Positions 8,376 through 17,183 are shown, numbered from the stretch's first letter. The stretch is 64,000 nt of DNA from Thermoleophilaceae bacterium (GCA_036377235.1 DASUYU010000080.1:7797-71796); one strand, 5' to 3'. Program-made: numbers and translations. The notes: a model not told the origin generated them from the letters alone.

Positions 8376-9129
8376 CGAGGCGGCCCCCGCAGCCCTCGAG
8401 CTCCGTGGCATCCGCAAGTCGTTCGGACAGGTCGAGGCGCTCCGGGGCGTCGACCTCGACATCGCGCGCGGCGAGGTACACGCGGTCATGGGCGACAACG
8501 GTGCCGGCAAGTCGACGCTCCTGAAGGTCGCGGCCGGGGTCGTGCGCCCGGACGAAGGCGCGATCCGGATGGACGGCGAACACATCGAGTTCGGATCGCC
8601 CATCGACGCCCGGCGGGCCGGGATCGAGACGGTCTACCAGGACCTCGCGCTCGCGGACGACCGGTCGTGCGTGGCGAACGTCTACGTCGGCCGCGAGATC
8701 GTCCGCCGAGGTCCACTCGGGCTGATCGGCGTGCTCGACCGGGGCACCATGGCGCTGCGTACGCGGGACGCCTTCGAGGGCCTGTCCGTGCCGGTACGGG
8801 ACGTCGAGCGGCCGGTGAGGCTCCTGTCCGGCGGCCAGCGGCAGGGCGTGGCGATCGCCCGAGCCGCGATCTGGGCCGAGACGCTCGTGCTGCTCGACGA
8901 GCCCACGGCCGCGCTCGGCGTGCGCCAGCGAGCCGCGGTCGACTCGCTGATCCAGAACCTGCGCAGCCGGAACTTCGGAGTCATGCTGATCTCGCACGAC
9001 GTCCCGCAGGTGCTCCAGATAGCCGACCGCGTCACCGTGCTGCGGCTGGGTGAGAACGCCGGCACCCGGACACGTGGCGAGGTCGATGCGACGTGGATCG
9101 TCAACGCGATGGTGGGAGCGGCCGCGTGA
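8362..9129 (+). CDS. Sugar ABC transporter ATP-binding protein (single NBD)
   Basis: Walker A GDNGAGKST, signature LSGGQRQ, Walker B LVLLDEPT. GTG start; overlaps the SBP stop by 14 nt. Confidence 0.9.
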   Translation: MLPNSEAAPAALELRGIRKSFGQVEALRGVDLDIARGEVHAVMGDNGAGKSTLLKVAAGVVRPDEGAIRMDGEHIEFGSPIDARRAGIETVYQDLALADDRSCVANVYVGREIVRRGPLGLIGVLDRGTMALRTRDAFEGLSVPVRDVERPVRLLSGGQRQGVAIARAAIWAETLVLLDEPTAALGVRQRAAVDSLIQNLRSRNFGVMLISHDVPQVLQIADRVTVLRLGENAGTRTRGEVDATWIVNAMVGAAA

Positions 9130-10127
9130 CGCCAGCGAGGGCCGCGCGGGCCGTGCCGTCGAGCGGCGTGTTCTGGATCCTCGTCGTGCTCGTGGTGCTG
9201 ATCGCGGCCTTCGGGGTGATCCTGCCGGCCGACACCTTCCTGAGCACCTTCAACGCGCAGACCGTGGCGGGGGACGCCTCGGTGATCCTGATCCTGGCCG
9301 CGGGATCGACGCTCGTGATCATCAGCGGCGGCCTCGACCTCTCGATCGGCTCGGTCATGACCTTCGCCGCCGTCGCGTCGGCCCTCGTGATGAAGGAGAT
9401 CGTCACGGAACCCGGCCAGCACGAGCTGATCGGCGCGCTGGCAGGGCTCGGTGTGGGCGTGGCCTCCGGCGTCGCGTGGGGAGCCATCAACGGCGCGCTG
9501 ATCGCCTTCGCCCGCCTGCCCCCCTTCGTCGTGACGCTCGGCTCCCTCGGGGCGGCGCTCGGCGCGGCGCGGCTGCTGAGCGGGGGCGCCAACGTCAGCG
9601 GGGCGCCTCCCGAAGTTCAGGAGCGCATCGGCCTCGCCACGGTGGCCGGGGTGCCGGTCCCGTTCGTGATCGCGGCCTGCCTGGTCCTCGCGTGCGGGTT
9701 CCTCCTCGCACGCACACGCTACGGCGAGCACACCTACCTGATCGGGTCGAACGAGGAGGCCGCCCGGCGCGGCGGGATCGCGATCCGGCGACACCTGTTC
9801 CTGCTCTACGCGCTGTCCGGAGCCCTGTCCGGGTGCGCGGGCCTGATCGAGGTCGCGCGCTTCGCCGTGGCGAGCGTCTCGACGGGGCACACGACCGAGC
9901 TGATCGCGGCGATAGCGGCGGTGGTGATCGGAGGTGCCAGCCTCACCGGAGGCGTCGGGATCATCTCCGGAACGGTCGTGGGCGTGTTCATCCCCGTGGT
10001 TCTCGCAAACGGTCTCTTGATCGGCGGCGTCGAGCGCTTCTGGCAGGACGTGGTGGTGGGCGCCATCCTGGTCGCGGCGGTGTGGTTCGACCAGTGGCGG
10101 CGGTCTCAGGAGGCTCGCGAGCACTGA
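9126..10127 (+). CDS. Sugar ABC transporter permease (RbsC/BPD type-2 family)
   Basis: Multi-TM protein with the ILAAGSTLVIISGGLDLSIGSV motif. GTG 9126 forms a GTGA overlap with the ATPase stop. The ORF-track start at 9093 is an alternative. Confidence 0.85.
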   Translation: MTPARAARAVPSSGVFWILVVLVVLIAAFGVILPADTFLSTFNAQTVAGDASVILILAAGSTLVIISGGLDLSIGSVMTFAAVASALVMKEIVTEPGQHELIGALAGLGVGVASGVAWGAINGALIAFARLPPFVVTLGSLGAALGAARLLSGGANVSGAPPEVQERIGLATVAGVPVPFVIAACLVLACGFLLARTRYGEHTYLIGSNEEAARRGGIAIRRHLFLLYALSGALSGCAGLIEVARFAVASVSTGHTTELIAAIAAVVIGGASLTGGVGIISGTVVGVFIPVVLANGLLIGGVERFWQDVVVGAILVAAVWFDQWRRSQEAREH

Positions 10128-10995
10128 CGCGCGCGAGCGCGGCAACCGCCGCGATCACGACGGCGGCGCCCGCGGCCTGGGCGGGGGAGAGGACCTCGCC
10201 CAGGAGTACCCAGGACAGGGCGGCCGCGACTACCGGCTCGACGCAGATAACCGCCGATGCCACCAGCGCGGAGGTGAGCCGAACGCCGGATGCGACCAGC
10301 ACCAGGGCAAGTGCCGTGAGGACCCCGATCGCGGCGCCGTAGGGGGCGGCATCGGACGAGACGAGCAGCCCACCCACGCCCGCCGGATGGAGCGCCACGA
10401 CCGCCGAGGCGCCCGCCCACGCCGCCGCACAGGCGACCGCCGGCGCGGGCACGTCCCCGCCCTCCGCGCCGATGGCCACGAAGAACAGCGCCGACGCAAG
10501 AGAAGCCGCGGTCGCGAACAGGACGGCCGCCACGGCCGGGGGCGGCCCGCCGGGCGCGGCCACCACGAGAATGAGCCCCGCCGCCAGGGCCGCCAGCACG
10601 GCACCCCGCTCGCGGCCCAGCGGCCTGCCGCCGGCAATCCGGCCGGCCAGCGCGATCCACGCCGGTGAGATGAAGACGATCACCACGACGGTCGGCGCGT
10701 TGGCACGCGCGAGTGCTTCGAACTCGCCCAGACCAGCGCCCGCGAACGCAAGTCCGGCCCCCGCCGCGGGAAGGAGCTCCCGGGGTCTCGCGCGCGGGCG
10801 CCACGCGAGCACCAGGGCGCTGAGCGCCAGTGCGGCGATGAGCAATCTCGCTCCGAGCAGAGAGACCGGATCCGCCCCGGCCTCGTACGCCTTCCTGGCG
10901 AGCACGGAGACCGCTCCGAAAGCCGCGGCGGCGCCCAGCACCGCGCTGATCCCTCGCATCCACCGAGGGTCCCGTGCGCCGCGCGGCTCGGGCAT
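9988..10995 (-). CDS. EamA/DMT family transporter
   Basis: About 10 hydrophobic helices that are Ala/Leu/Gly-rich, with a duplicated EamA-like pattern. ATG 10995 or ATG 10959 is the start. The ~50-aa C-terminal tail overlaps the converging permease gene by 140 nt, probably because of late stop-codon occurrence in high GC. Confidence 0.65.
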   Translation of the reverse strand: MPEPRGARDPRWMRGISAVLGAAAAFGAVSVLARKAYEAGADPVSLLGARLLIAALALSALVLAWRPRARPRELLPAAGAGLAFAGAGLGEFEALARANAPTVVVIVFISPAWIALAGRIAGGRPLGRERGAVLAALAAGLILVVAAPGGPPPAVAAVLFATAASLASALFFVAIGAEGGDVPAPAVACAAAWAGASAVVALHPAGVGGLLVSSDAAPYGAAIGVLTALALVLVASGVRLTSALVASAVICVEPVVAAALSWVLLGEVLSPAQAAGAAVVIAAVAALARVSAREPPETAATGRTTPPRPGWRPPPRPARSARRRRSRDRLREPRG

Positions 10996-10998
10996 CGG

Positions 10999-11021
10999 TC
11001 AATCGGTTGATCAGGGGGATG
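10999..11021. repeat. Copy 2 of the TCAATC-N4-GAT-N1-2-GGGGGATG element
   Basis: See copy 1 at 1650-1671. This copy lies between the divergent EamA and SDR genes. Confidence 0.35.
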
Positions 11022-11072
11022 AGGCGGATTCGTGCCTTCCCGGCCTGGGCGGCACGGGCCAAGCTCGCCCGC

Positions 11073-11792
11073 ATGCCCTCACTCGACGGGATGCGTGCTC
11101 TCGTGACCGGCGCTGCCACCGGCATCGGTGCCGCGACCGTCGCGCGCTTCCGGGCGGAGGGCGCCGAGGTGATCGGGCTGGACACGGCGCCCGGTCATGT
11201 CGGCCCGATCGCGGACGTGACCGATCCCGATCAGGTGACCGCCGCCATCGCATCGGCCGGCGACCTCGACATCTGCGTGGCGAACGCGGGTGTGTCGCTG
11301 ATGGAGCCGTTCGTGGACGGCACCCTCGACTCGTGGCGCCGCGTCCTGGAGGTGAACCTGCTCGGCGTGATGACCACCTTCAGCGCGGCCGTGGCCGCGA
11401 TGCCCTCCGGCGGGCGCCTGCTCGCCACGGCCTCCACCGCGGGCCTGCGGGGCGAGCCACTCGCGTCGGCTTACTGCGCGAGCAAGGCGGGTCTGATCTC
11501 GATCGTCCGGACCCTCTCGATCGAGCTCGCCCCGCGCGGCATCAACGTGAACGCCGTGGCTCCCGGGCAGATAGAGACCGCTATGAATCGCAGGGACCTC
11601 GACCTGGTGGCAGCCCGAACCGGGCGGCCGGCGGCGGACCTCCTGCGCGAGCAGCTGGATCTGGAGGTGCCCCTGCGCAGGCTCGGGACACCGGAAGACG
11701 TGGCGGGCGCGTTCACGTTCCTGGCCGGGCCGGACGCCGCCTACGTGACCGGAGCGGTTCTGCGCGTCGACGGCGGCCTCCTCTCGGGCTAG
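11073..11792 (+). CDS. Short-chain dehydrogenase/reductase (SDR)
   Basis: Starts at ATG 11073: MPSLDGMRALVTGAATGIG, NAGV, YCASKAG, RVDGG. An in-frame ATG at 11019 is an alternative start. Confidence 0.88.
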   Translation: MPSLDGMRALVTGAATGIGAATVARFRAEGAEVIGLDTAPGHVGPIADVTDPDQVTAAIASAGDLDICVANAGVSLMEPFVDGTLDSWRRVLEVNLLGVMTTFSAAVAAMPSGGRLLATASTAGLRGEPLASAYCASKAGLISIVRTLSIELAPRGINVNAVAPGQIETAMNRRDLDLVAARTGRPAADLLREQLDLEVPLRRLGTPEDVAGAFTFLAGPDAAYVTGAVLRVDGGLLSG

Positions 11793-11801
11793 AGTGCGGC
11801 C

Positions 11802-12203
11802 ATGCGGAAGCTGCTCGCACTCGGGGCCGCGTTAGGCGCCCTCGCCGGCGCCGCGCCGGCCTCGGCGGCCGTCTCGTTCCACAGCCCGTCGGGGAACATC
11901 CGCTGCGTGATCGCGGCCAAGATCTATACCCGCTGCGACATCACGCGGCGCGACTGGCGGCCTCCGCCCAAGCCGCGCACGTGCGAGTTCGACTGGGGCA
12001 ACACGCTCGAGGTCGGACTGCGCGGGCGGGGCAGGTTCGGCTGCGTGAGCGACGCCATCGACCCCGGCCGGGTCCTCTCCTACGGCGAGGCCATCCAGCG
12101 CGGGCGCTTCCGGTGCCGGTCGCGGCGCTCCGGGATGCGCTGTGTGAACACCCGCACCGGCCACGGCTTCGCGCTCAGCAGAGAGCGCGCGCGGCGCTTC
12201 TAG
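11802..12203 (+). CDS. Secreted Cys-containing hypothetical protein
   Basis: Sec signal peptide (MRKLLALGAALGALAGAAPASA). Six Cys residues in the mature part and high GC3 throughout. No function recognised. Confidence 0.65.
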   Translation: MRKLLALGAALGALAGAAPASAAVSFHSPSGNIRCVIAAKIYTRCDITRRDWRPPPKPRTCEFDWGNTLEVGLRGRGRFGCVSDAIDPGRVLSYGEAIQRGRFRCRSRRSGMRCVNTRTGHGFALSRERARRF

Positions 12204-13723
12204 GCGGCCCGGGCCGCCTCGGCGGTGGCGCCCACCAGCTGGCCGCCGGGGCAGTCAGATGCCTTCACCAGTCGGCGCGGGTTCACGATCCCCACGAGCC
12301 CGAGTACGCCGCCGACGGCCACCAGCACCGCCGCGATGCCGATCGCAAGATGGAATGCGTCGACCGACGCGTCGAGCGATGCCTGCTCGAGTCGCCGGCG
12401 CACCCCCGGCGGCCCCTGGGTCACCTCGACGCGCGCCAGCGGCTGCTGCTCCGCCTTGTGGATCGCGCGGCTGACCGCCGGCCGGTTCGCGGCCGGGCCG
12501 AGCTGCTCGCGGAGCGAGTCGCCGAACGAGGACGACACGAGCGCACCGACGGCCGCGATGGCGATCAGGCTCGCCACGCGTGCGATCGCGTTGTTCGTGC
12601 CGGAGGCGATCCCCGCGTTGCTCTCGTCGGCATCGGCCAGCACGGTCGCCGTCAGTGGCGCAACCGTCATCGACAGCCCGAGCGCGAACACGAGCAGGCC
12701 GGGCAGCAGATCGGTCACGTAGTTCACGTCCGCGCCGATCCGGAGGAACAGCGCCAGCCCCGTCGCGGCCACGAGCGGCCCCACTCCCATGAAGAACCGG
12801 GGCCCGTGGCGGTCCGCCAGCGCTCCGAAGCGGGTGGAGAAGAGGAACATCATCCCCGTGACCGGCAGCGTCGTCGTGCCGGCCTCGACTGGGCTGAACC
12901 CGGCCACCTGCTGCAGGTACAGCACCAGGAAGAAGAACAGCAGCCCGAGCCCCGCGTACATCGAGAACGTCTCGATGTTCCCGATCGCGAAGTTGCGGCG
13001 CCGGAAGAGGGACAGCGGCAGCATCGGGTGCCGGCTCCGCGCCTCCCACACGATGAAGGCGGCGAACAGGACCACCCCGGTGACGAGCGGCAGCCACACG
13101 CCCGGGCTGCTCCACCCTCTGAGGGGCTGCTCGATCAGCCCGTACGTGACCCCGGCGAGCCCGAACGCGCACAGGAGGGCCCCCACGTAGTCGACCCTGG
13201 CGTCCTCGCGCCGCGGCCGGCCGGCCACCATCACGCGCGTGACCAGCACCAGCGTGATCGCCACAACCGGGATGTTGATGGCGAAGATCCAGCGCCAGGA
13301 CGCGCTCTCCACGAGCTGGCCGCCGATCAGCGGCCCGAGCACGGTGCCGATGCCGCCCCACGCCGTCCACGCCCCGATCGCCTTCCCGCGCTCGTCGGGC
13401 GGGAAGGTGGAGGTGATCACCGCGAGCGCCGCCGGAGTGAGGAGTGCTCCGAACACGCCCTGGAGCGCGCGGGCAAGCACGAGCAGCTCGATCGTGGGCG
13501 CCAGCGCGCAGAACAGCGACGTGACGCCGAACCCGCCCACGCCGATCATGAACATGCGCCGCTCGCCGAAGATGTCGCCCAGCGAGCCGCCGATCAGGAT
13601 CAGCGAGCTGAGCGTGACCAGGTAGGCGTTGGAGGTCCACTGCTGCCCCGCCAGGCCGCCGCCGAGGTCGTCGGCGATGGCCGGGAGCGCGATGTTGACG
13701 ACGGTCGAGTCGACCGTCACCAC
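12200..13723 (-). CDS. MFS transporter, DHA2 (EmrB/QacA, 14-TMS) family
   Basis: Motifs: VDSTVVNIALPAI, GSLGDIFGERR, LARALQGVFGALLTP. The listed GTG start lies inside predicted TM1. The frame stays open upstream to the ACAD stop without any ATG/GTG/TTG (see findings). Confidence 0.85.
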   Translation of the reverse strand: MVTVDSTVVNIALPAIADDLGGGLAGQQWTSNAYLVTLSSLILIGGSLGDIFGERRMFMIGVGGFGVTSLFCALAPTIELLVLARALQGVFGALLTPAALAVITSTFPPDERGKAIGAWTAWGGIGTVLGPLIGGQLVESASWRWIFAINIPVVAITLVLVTRVMVAGRPRREDARVDYVGALLCAFGLAGVTYGLIEQPLRGWSSPGVWLPLVTGVVLFAAFIVWEARSRHPMLPLSLFRRRNFAIGNIETFSMYAGLGLLFFFLVLYLQQVAGFSPVEAGTTTLPVTGMMFLFSTRFGALADRHGPRFFMGVGPLVAATGLALFLRIGADVNYVTDLLPGLLVFALGLSMTVAPLTATVLADADESNAGIASGTNNAIARVASLIAIAAVGALVSSSFGDSLREQLGPAANRPAVSRAIHKAEQQPLARVEVTQGPPGVRRRLEQASLDASVDAFHLAIGIAAVLVAVGGVLGLVGIVNPRRLVKASDCPGGQLVGATAEAARAA

Positions 13724-13799
13724 CGTCGTGCCGAGGATGGCGGCTACAAGCGTTAGCTGCTTCGTTCGCGAAGCCGGCGGCGTCGGCGCAGCCCCGTTT

Positions 13800-15524
13800 T
13801 CAATCCTCGAAGAAGGCGTATCCGTACTCCCCTCGCTTGTAGGCCAGCTTGGCGATGGCGATCATCCGCTCGTCGTCGTTTCGCTCGACCTGGTCGAGCG
13901 AGAGTGTCACACGCGCCGCCGCCCTCCGGCAGAACGTGTCGCAGATGTAGCGCTCCTGGCCGGACGGCTCGACGCCGTGCTCTTCGAGGTGCGCCGTGAC
14001 GCGCGAGAGCACCGCCACCTGCGCATAGATGTCGGACACGGCCGACGCCAGCCGCTTCTGGTGGAACTGGCGCGCCGCGATCCCGCCGCGGTGCTCGCGC
14101 AGCAGCCCCTCCGTCACCGACCGTAGCCGCTTCACCTGCTCCGACACCGAGCCGGCGAGGTCGCTCAGCTCGTCGTGGGCGAGCGTGATCCGGTCCGGCG
14201 ACACCTCCCGCGCGATCCGCCCCGCCACGTAGTCGGCCAGCACGCCTATCGACCCGATCGGATCGGTGAGCGAGAACTCCCCCATCTCCTTCAGCTCGTC
14301 GCCCAGCGGCTTCATGCCGGCGAGCGCGATGAACGCCCGCATCACGTCGTTGGCGCCCTCGAAGATCGGGAAGATGCGGATGTCGCGCAGGTACTTCTCG
14401 TACGGCTCGTCGCGCATGTAGCCCGCGCCGCCGGCCAGCTGCAGCGACCGGTTCGCGGCGTACCACAGGAACTCGGTGCCCGCCACCTTGCAGATCGCCG
14501 ACTCGAGCGAGTAGTCGTCCACGCCCTGGTCGACGAGGCCGGTGCTGAGATACGCCATCGACTCGAGTCCGAACAGGTACGACACGGCCCAGCCGATCTT
14601 GTCCTGCACCAGCTCGAAGTCCGCTAGCGGCTGGCCGAACTGGCGGCGCTCCTTCACGTGCCGGATCGTCTGGTCGAGCAGGTACTTCGCGCCGCCCACC
14701 GATCCCGTGCCGAGCGACAGCCGGCCGTTGTTGAGGATCTGCATCGCGACGCGGAAGCCCTTGCCCGGCTCGCCCAGCACGTTCTCGGACGGCACGCGGA
14801 TGCCGTTGTAGCGGAGCTCGCGCAGGTCGTTGCCGCGCAGGCCCATCGTGTCGAAGCGCTTCCCGACCTCGAACCCGTCCATCGACGGCTCGAGGATGAA
14901 CGCCGTGTACTCGCGCTCGCCGGTGTTCGCAAACGTGACGATCACGCCCGCCTTCGAGCCGTTGCCGATGTAGTGCTTGAGCCCGTCCAGCCGCCAGGAG
15001 CCGTCGGACTGGCGCTCCGCGCGCGTCTCCATGCTCGCCACGTCGGAGCCGGCGTTCGGCTCGGTCAGGGCGAAGGCGGCCAGCTTGCGGCCGCTGGCGA
15101 GATCCGGCAGGTACCGCTCCTTCTGCTCATCGGTGCCGAACAGGACGATGCCCTTCATCCCGATCGACTGGTGGACGCCCATCACCACGCTGAGCGTCGC
15201 GTCGATCTGCGCGAACACCTCGGACACGCGGCAGTAGCCGGTCTGCGACAGCCCCTGGCCGCCGTACTCCTCAGGCACATACAGCCCGAGCAGCCCACGC
15301 TCCCCGAGCGCGGCGATCGTGTCGTCGCCGAGCCAGCGGTCCTCCTCGATCTTGTGCGCGTCGTAGGGCAGCTCCCGCAGCGCCCCGATCAGCGAGCGAA
15401 TCCTGTCCTGCTCGGCCGGATCCGGCTTCGGGAACGGGAAGACGAGGTCCTCGTGGATCTCACCGAGGAAGAGCGACTTCGCGAACGACGATACGCCCCG
15501 CTCCGTCGCGGCAGGCGTGGCCAT
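13800..15524 (-). CDS. Long acyl-CoA dehydrogenase (FadE / ACAD9-VLCAD-like, with C-terminal extension)
   Basis: Starts at ATG 15522-15524 (MATPAATERGVSSFAKSLF...). Motifs: LTEPNAGSD, GEPGKGF, QFGQPLADFE, IFPIFEGANDV. Its start overlaps the citrate synthase stop by 1 nt. Confidence 0.9.
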   Translation of the reverse strand: MATPAATERGVSSFAKSLFLGEIHEDLVFPFPKPDPAEQDRIRSLIGALRELPYDAHKIEEDRWLGDDTIAALGERGLLGLYVPEEYGGQGLSQTGYCRVSEVFAQIDATLSVVMGVHQSIGMKGIVLFGTDEQKERYLPDLASGRKLAAFALTEPNAGSDVASMETRAERQSDGSWRLDGLKHYIGNGSKAGVIVTFANTGEREYTAFILEPSMDGFEVGKRFDTMGLRGNDLRELRYNGIRVPSENVLGEPGKGFRVAMQILNNGRLSLGTGSVGGAKYLLDQTIRHVKERRQFGQPLADFELVQDKIGWAVSYLFGLESMAYLSTGLVDQGVDDYSLESAICKVAGTEFLWYAANRSLQLAGGAGYMRDEPYEKYLRDIRIFPIFEGANDVMRAFIALAGMKPLGDELKEMGEFSLTDPIGSIGVLADYVAGRIAREVSPDRITLAHDELSDLAGSVSEQVKRLRSVTEGLLREHRGGIAARQFHQKRLASAVSDIYAQVAVLSRVTAHLEEHGVEPSGQERYICDTFCRRAAARVTLSLDQVERNDDERMIAIAKLAYKRGEYGYAFFED

Positions 15525-16627
15525 CAGGCCGCGGGGCCCGCGCCGTTCACCGAGTCCGCCGCGCGCGGCCCGGGGCCCACGTAGCGAGCCGTCGGCCGGA
15601 TCAGCCGGCCCTCGCGCTTCTGCTCCATGATGTGCGCGGCCCAGCCGCCGACGCGAGCGCTGGCGAACATGGGCGTGAACAGCTCGGGCGGGACGTCCGC
15701 GAAGTCGAGGACGACCGCGGACCAGAACTCGACGTTCGTGGCGAGCACACGGTCGGGCTTGCGCGCCTTCAGCTCGGCGAGAGCGGCCGCCTCGAGCTTC
15801 TCGGCGACCTCGAGCCGGGGCGCGCCGATCTCGCGCGCGGTGCGGCGCAGCACGCGCGCACGCGGGTCCTCCGCGCGGTAGACGCGGTGGCCGAAGCCCA
15901 TCAGCCGGTGGCCGCTGTCGAGCGCGTCCTTGACCCATTTCTCCGCGTCGCCCGTCTGCTCCACCTCGTCGAGCATCTGGAGCACACGCGAGGGGGCCCC
16001 GCCGTGCAGCGGCCCGGAGAGCGCTCCGACGGCGCCCGACAGCGCGGCTGCCACGTCGGCGCCCGTCGAGGCGATCACGCGCGCGGTGAAGGTCGACGCG
16101 TTCATGCCGTGCTCGGCCGCGCTGATCCAGTAGGCGTCGATCGCCTTCACGTGCCTCGGGTCCGCCTCGCCGCGCCAGCGGATCAGGAAGCGCTCGGGTA
16201 TCGAGGTGGCCTTGTCGACCTCCGCCTGCGGGATCGGAGGCCTCCCCACGCCGCGTGCCGACTGCGCCACGAACGACAGCGCCATGACGGACACCCGCGC
16301 GAGGTCCTGGCGCGCCTGCTCGTCCGAGATGTCGATCAGCTGGCCGAGGCCCCACTCGGGCGCGAGCATCGCCAGCGCCGACTGGAGGTCCACGCGCGGG
16401 TCGCCAGTGCGGACCGCGAGCGGATGCGGCTGGGCGGGCGGCAGGCCCGGCTCGTACTGGCCGTCCACGAGCAGCCCCCACACCTTCTCGTAGGGCACGT
16501 TGCCCACCAGCTCCTCGATGTCCACCCCGCGATAGCGGAGCGCACCGCCCTCCTTGTCGGGCTCGGCGATTGAGGTGTCGAACGCGATTACGCCCTCGAG
16601 CCCGGAGGGCACTTCGATCAGCGACAT
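15524..16627 (-). CDS. Citrate synthase (small, CitA/type-I-like)
   Basis: Starts at ATG 16625-16627 (MSLIEVPSGLEGV). Motifs: LRYRGVDIEEL, HGMNASTF, GPLHGGA, signature GFGHRVY. The N-terminal 52 aa of ORF 15524..16783 look non-coding. Confidence 0.92.
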   Translation of the reverse strand: MSLIEVPSGLEGVIAFDTSIAEPDKEGGALRYRGVDIEELVGNVPYEKVWGLLVDGQYEPGLPPAQPHPLAVRTGDPRVDLQSALAMLAPEWGLGQLIDISDEQARQDLARVSVMALSFVAQSARGVGRPPIPQAEVDKATSIPERFLIRWRGEADPRHVKAIDAYWISAAEHGMNASTFTARVIASTGADVAAALSGAVGALSGPLHGGAPSRVLQMLDEVEQTGDAEKWVKDALDSGHRLMGFGHRVYRAEDPRARVLRRTAREIGAPRLEVAEKLEAAALAELKARKPDRVLATNVEFWSAVVLDFADVPPELFTPMFASARVGGWAAHIMEQKREGRLIRPTARYVGPGPRAADSVNGAGPAA

Positions 16628-16637
16628 AGGCGGGGGA

Positions 16638-16660
16638 GGATATTCGCGCAGCGAATATCC
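16638..16660. promoter_or_regulatory. Perfect 10-bp inverted repeat GGATATTCGC-gca-GCGAATATCC, candidate operator or 5'-UTR hairpin
   Basis: An AT-rich palindrome located 11 nt upstream of the citrate synthase ATG (minus strand). It sits in the divergent region shared with the GNAT gene. Confidence 0.45.
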
Positions 16661-16706
16661 GGTTTCAGCGGCCAGGATGGCCGCGATGCCATCAGAGTGC
16701 GGACGG

Positions 16707-17183
16707 ATGTCCGCACGGGGTATCACTGTGTCCGTGATCCGTCTAGCCACTGCGGACGACGCCGCCGACGTCGCCCGGCTCATGATCGGCTTCCGCGACT
16801 GGTGGAGCCGGACCGAGCCGCCGGACGCGGCGTTCCACGAGGACGTGGGGCGCGTCCTGGCCGACCCGAACAGCGACTTCCTGCTCGCCGGCGATCCGCC
16901 CGCCGGCGTGTGCCAGCTCCGCTACCGGTACTCGATCTGGACCGGGAGCGACGACTGCTGGCTCGAGGACATCTTCGTCGAGGAGGAGGCACGCGGGTCC
17001 GGGATGGGCCGCGAGCTGATGGACGCCGCCTTCGCCCGCGCCCGCGAGCGCGGCTGCCGGCGCATGGAGCTGGACGTCAACGAGGCGAACGCGGCCGCGC
17101 TCGCCCTCTACGAATCGCTCGGCTTCTCCGCATGGTCGGATCCACCCGGCGGGCGGAACCTGCTCATGCGGCGGCGTCTCTGA
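16707..17183 (+). CDS. GNAT family N-acetyltransferase
   Basis: Sequence: VIRLATADDAADVARLM...LEDIFVEEEARGSGMGRELMDAAFARARERGCRRMELDVNEANAAALALYESLGF. The start is ambiguous: ATG 16707, GTG 16728 or GTG 16734. Confidence 0.85.
   Translation: MSARGITVSVIRLATADDAADVARLMIGFRDWWSRTEPPDAAFHEDVGRVLADPNSDFLLAGDPPAGVCQLRYRYSIWTGSDDCWLEDIFVEEEARGSGMGRELMDAAFARARERGCRRMELDVNEANAAALALYESLGFSAWSDPPGGRNLLMRRRL

Noticed and set aside
10472-13756. 1094-aa ORF on the plus strand
   Set aside because: It spans several real genes (EamA, SDR, secreted protein, MFS) in wrong frames or antisense. The translation is Arg/Pro/Ala/Gly junk without motifs, which is typical of stop-codon-poor high-GC DNA.
15525-16481. 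Upstream extension of ORF 13800..16481 (-) that makes an 893-aa protein
   Set aside because: The ACAD sequence starts at MATPAATERG (ATG 15524). The upstream part overlaps citrate synthase in a different frame and is Arg/Gly/Ala junk.
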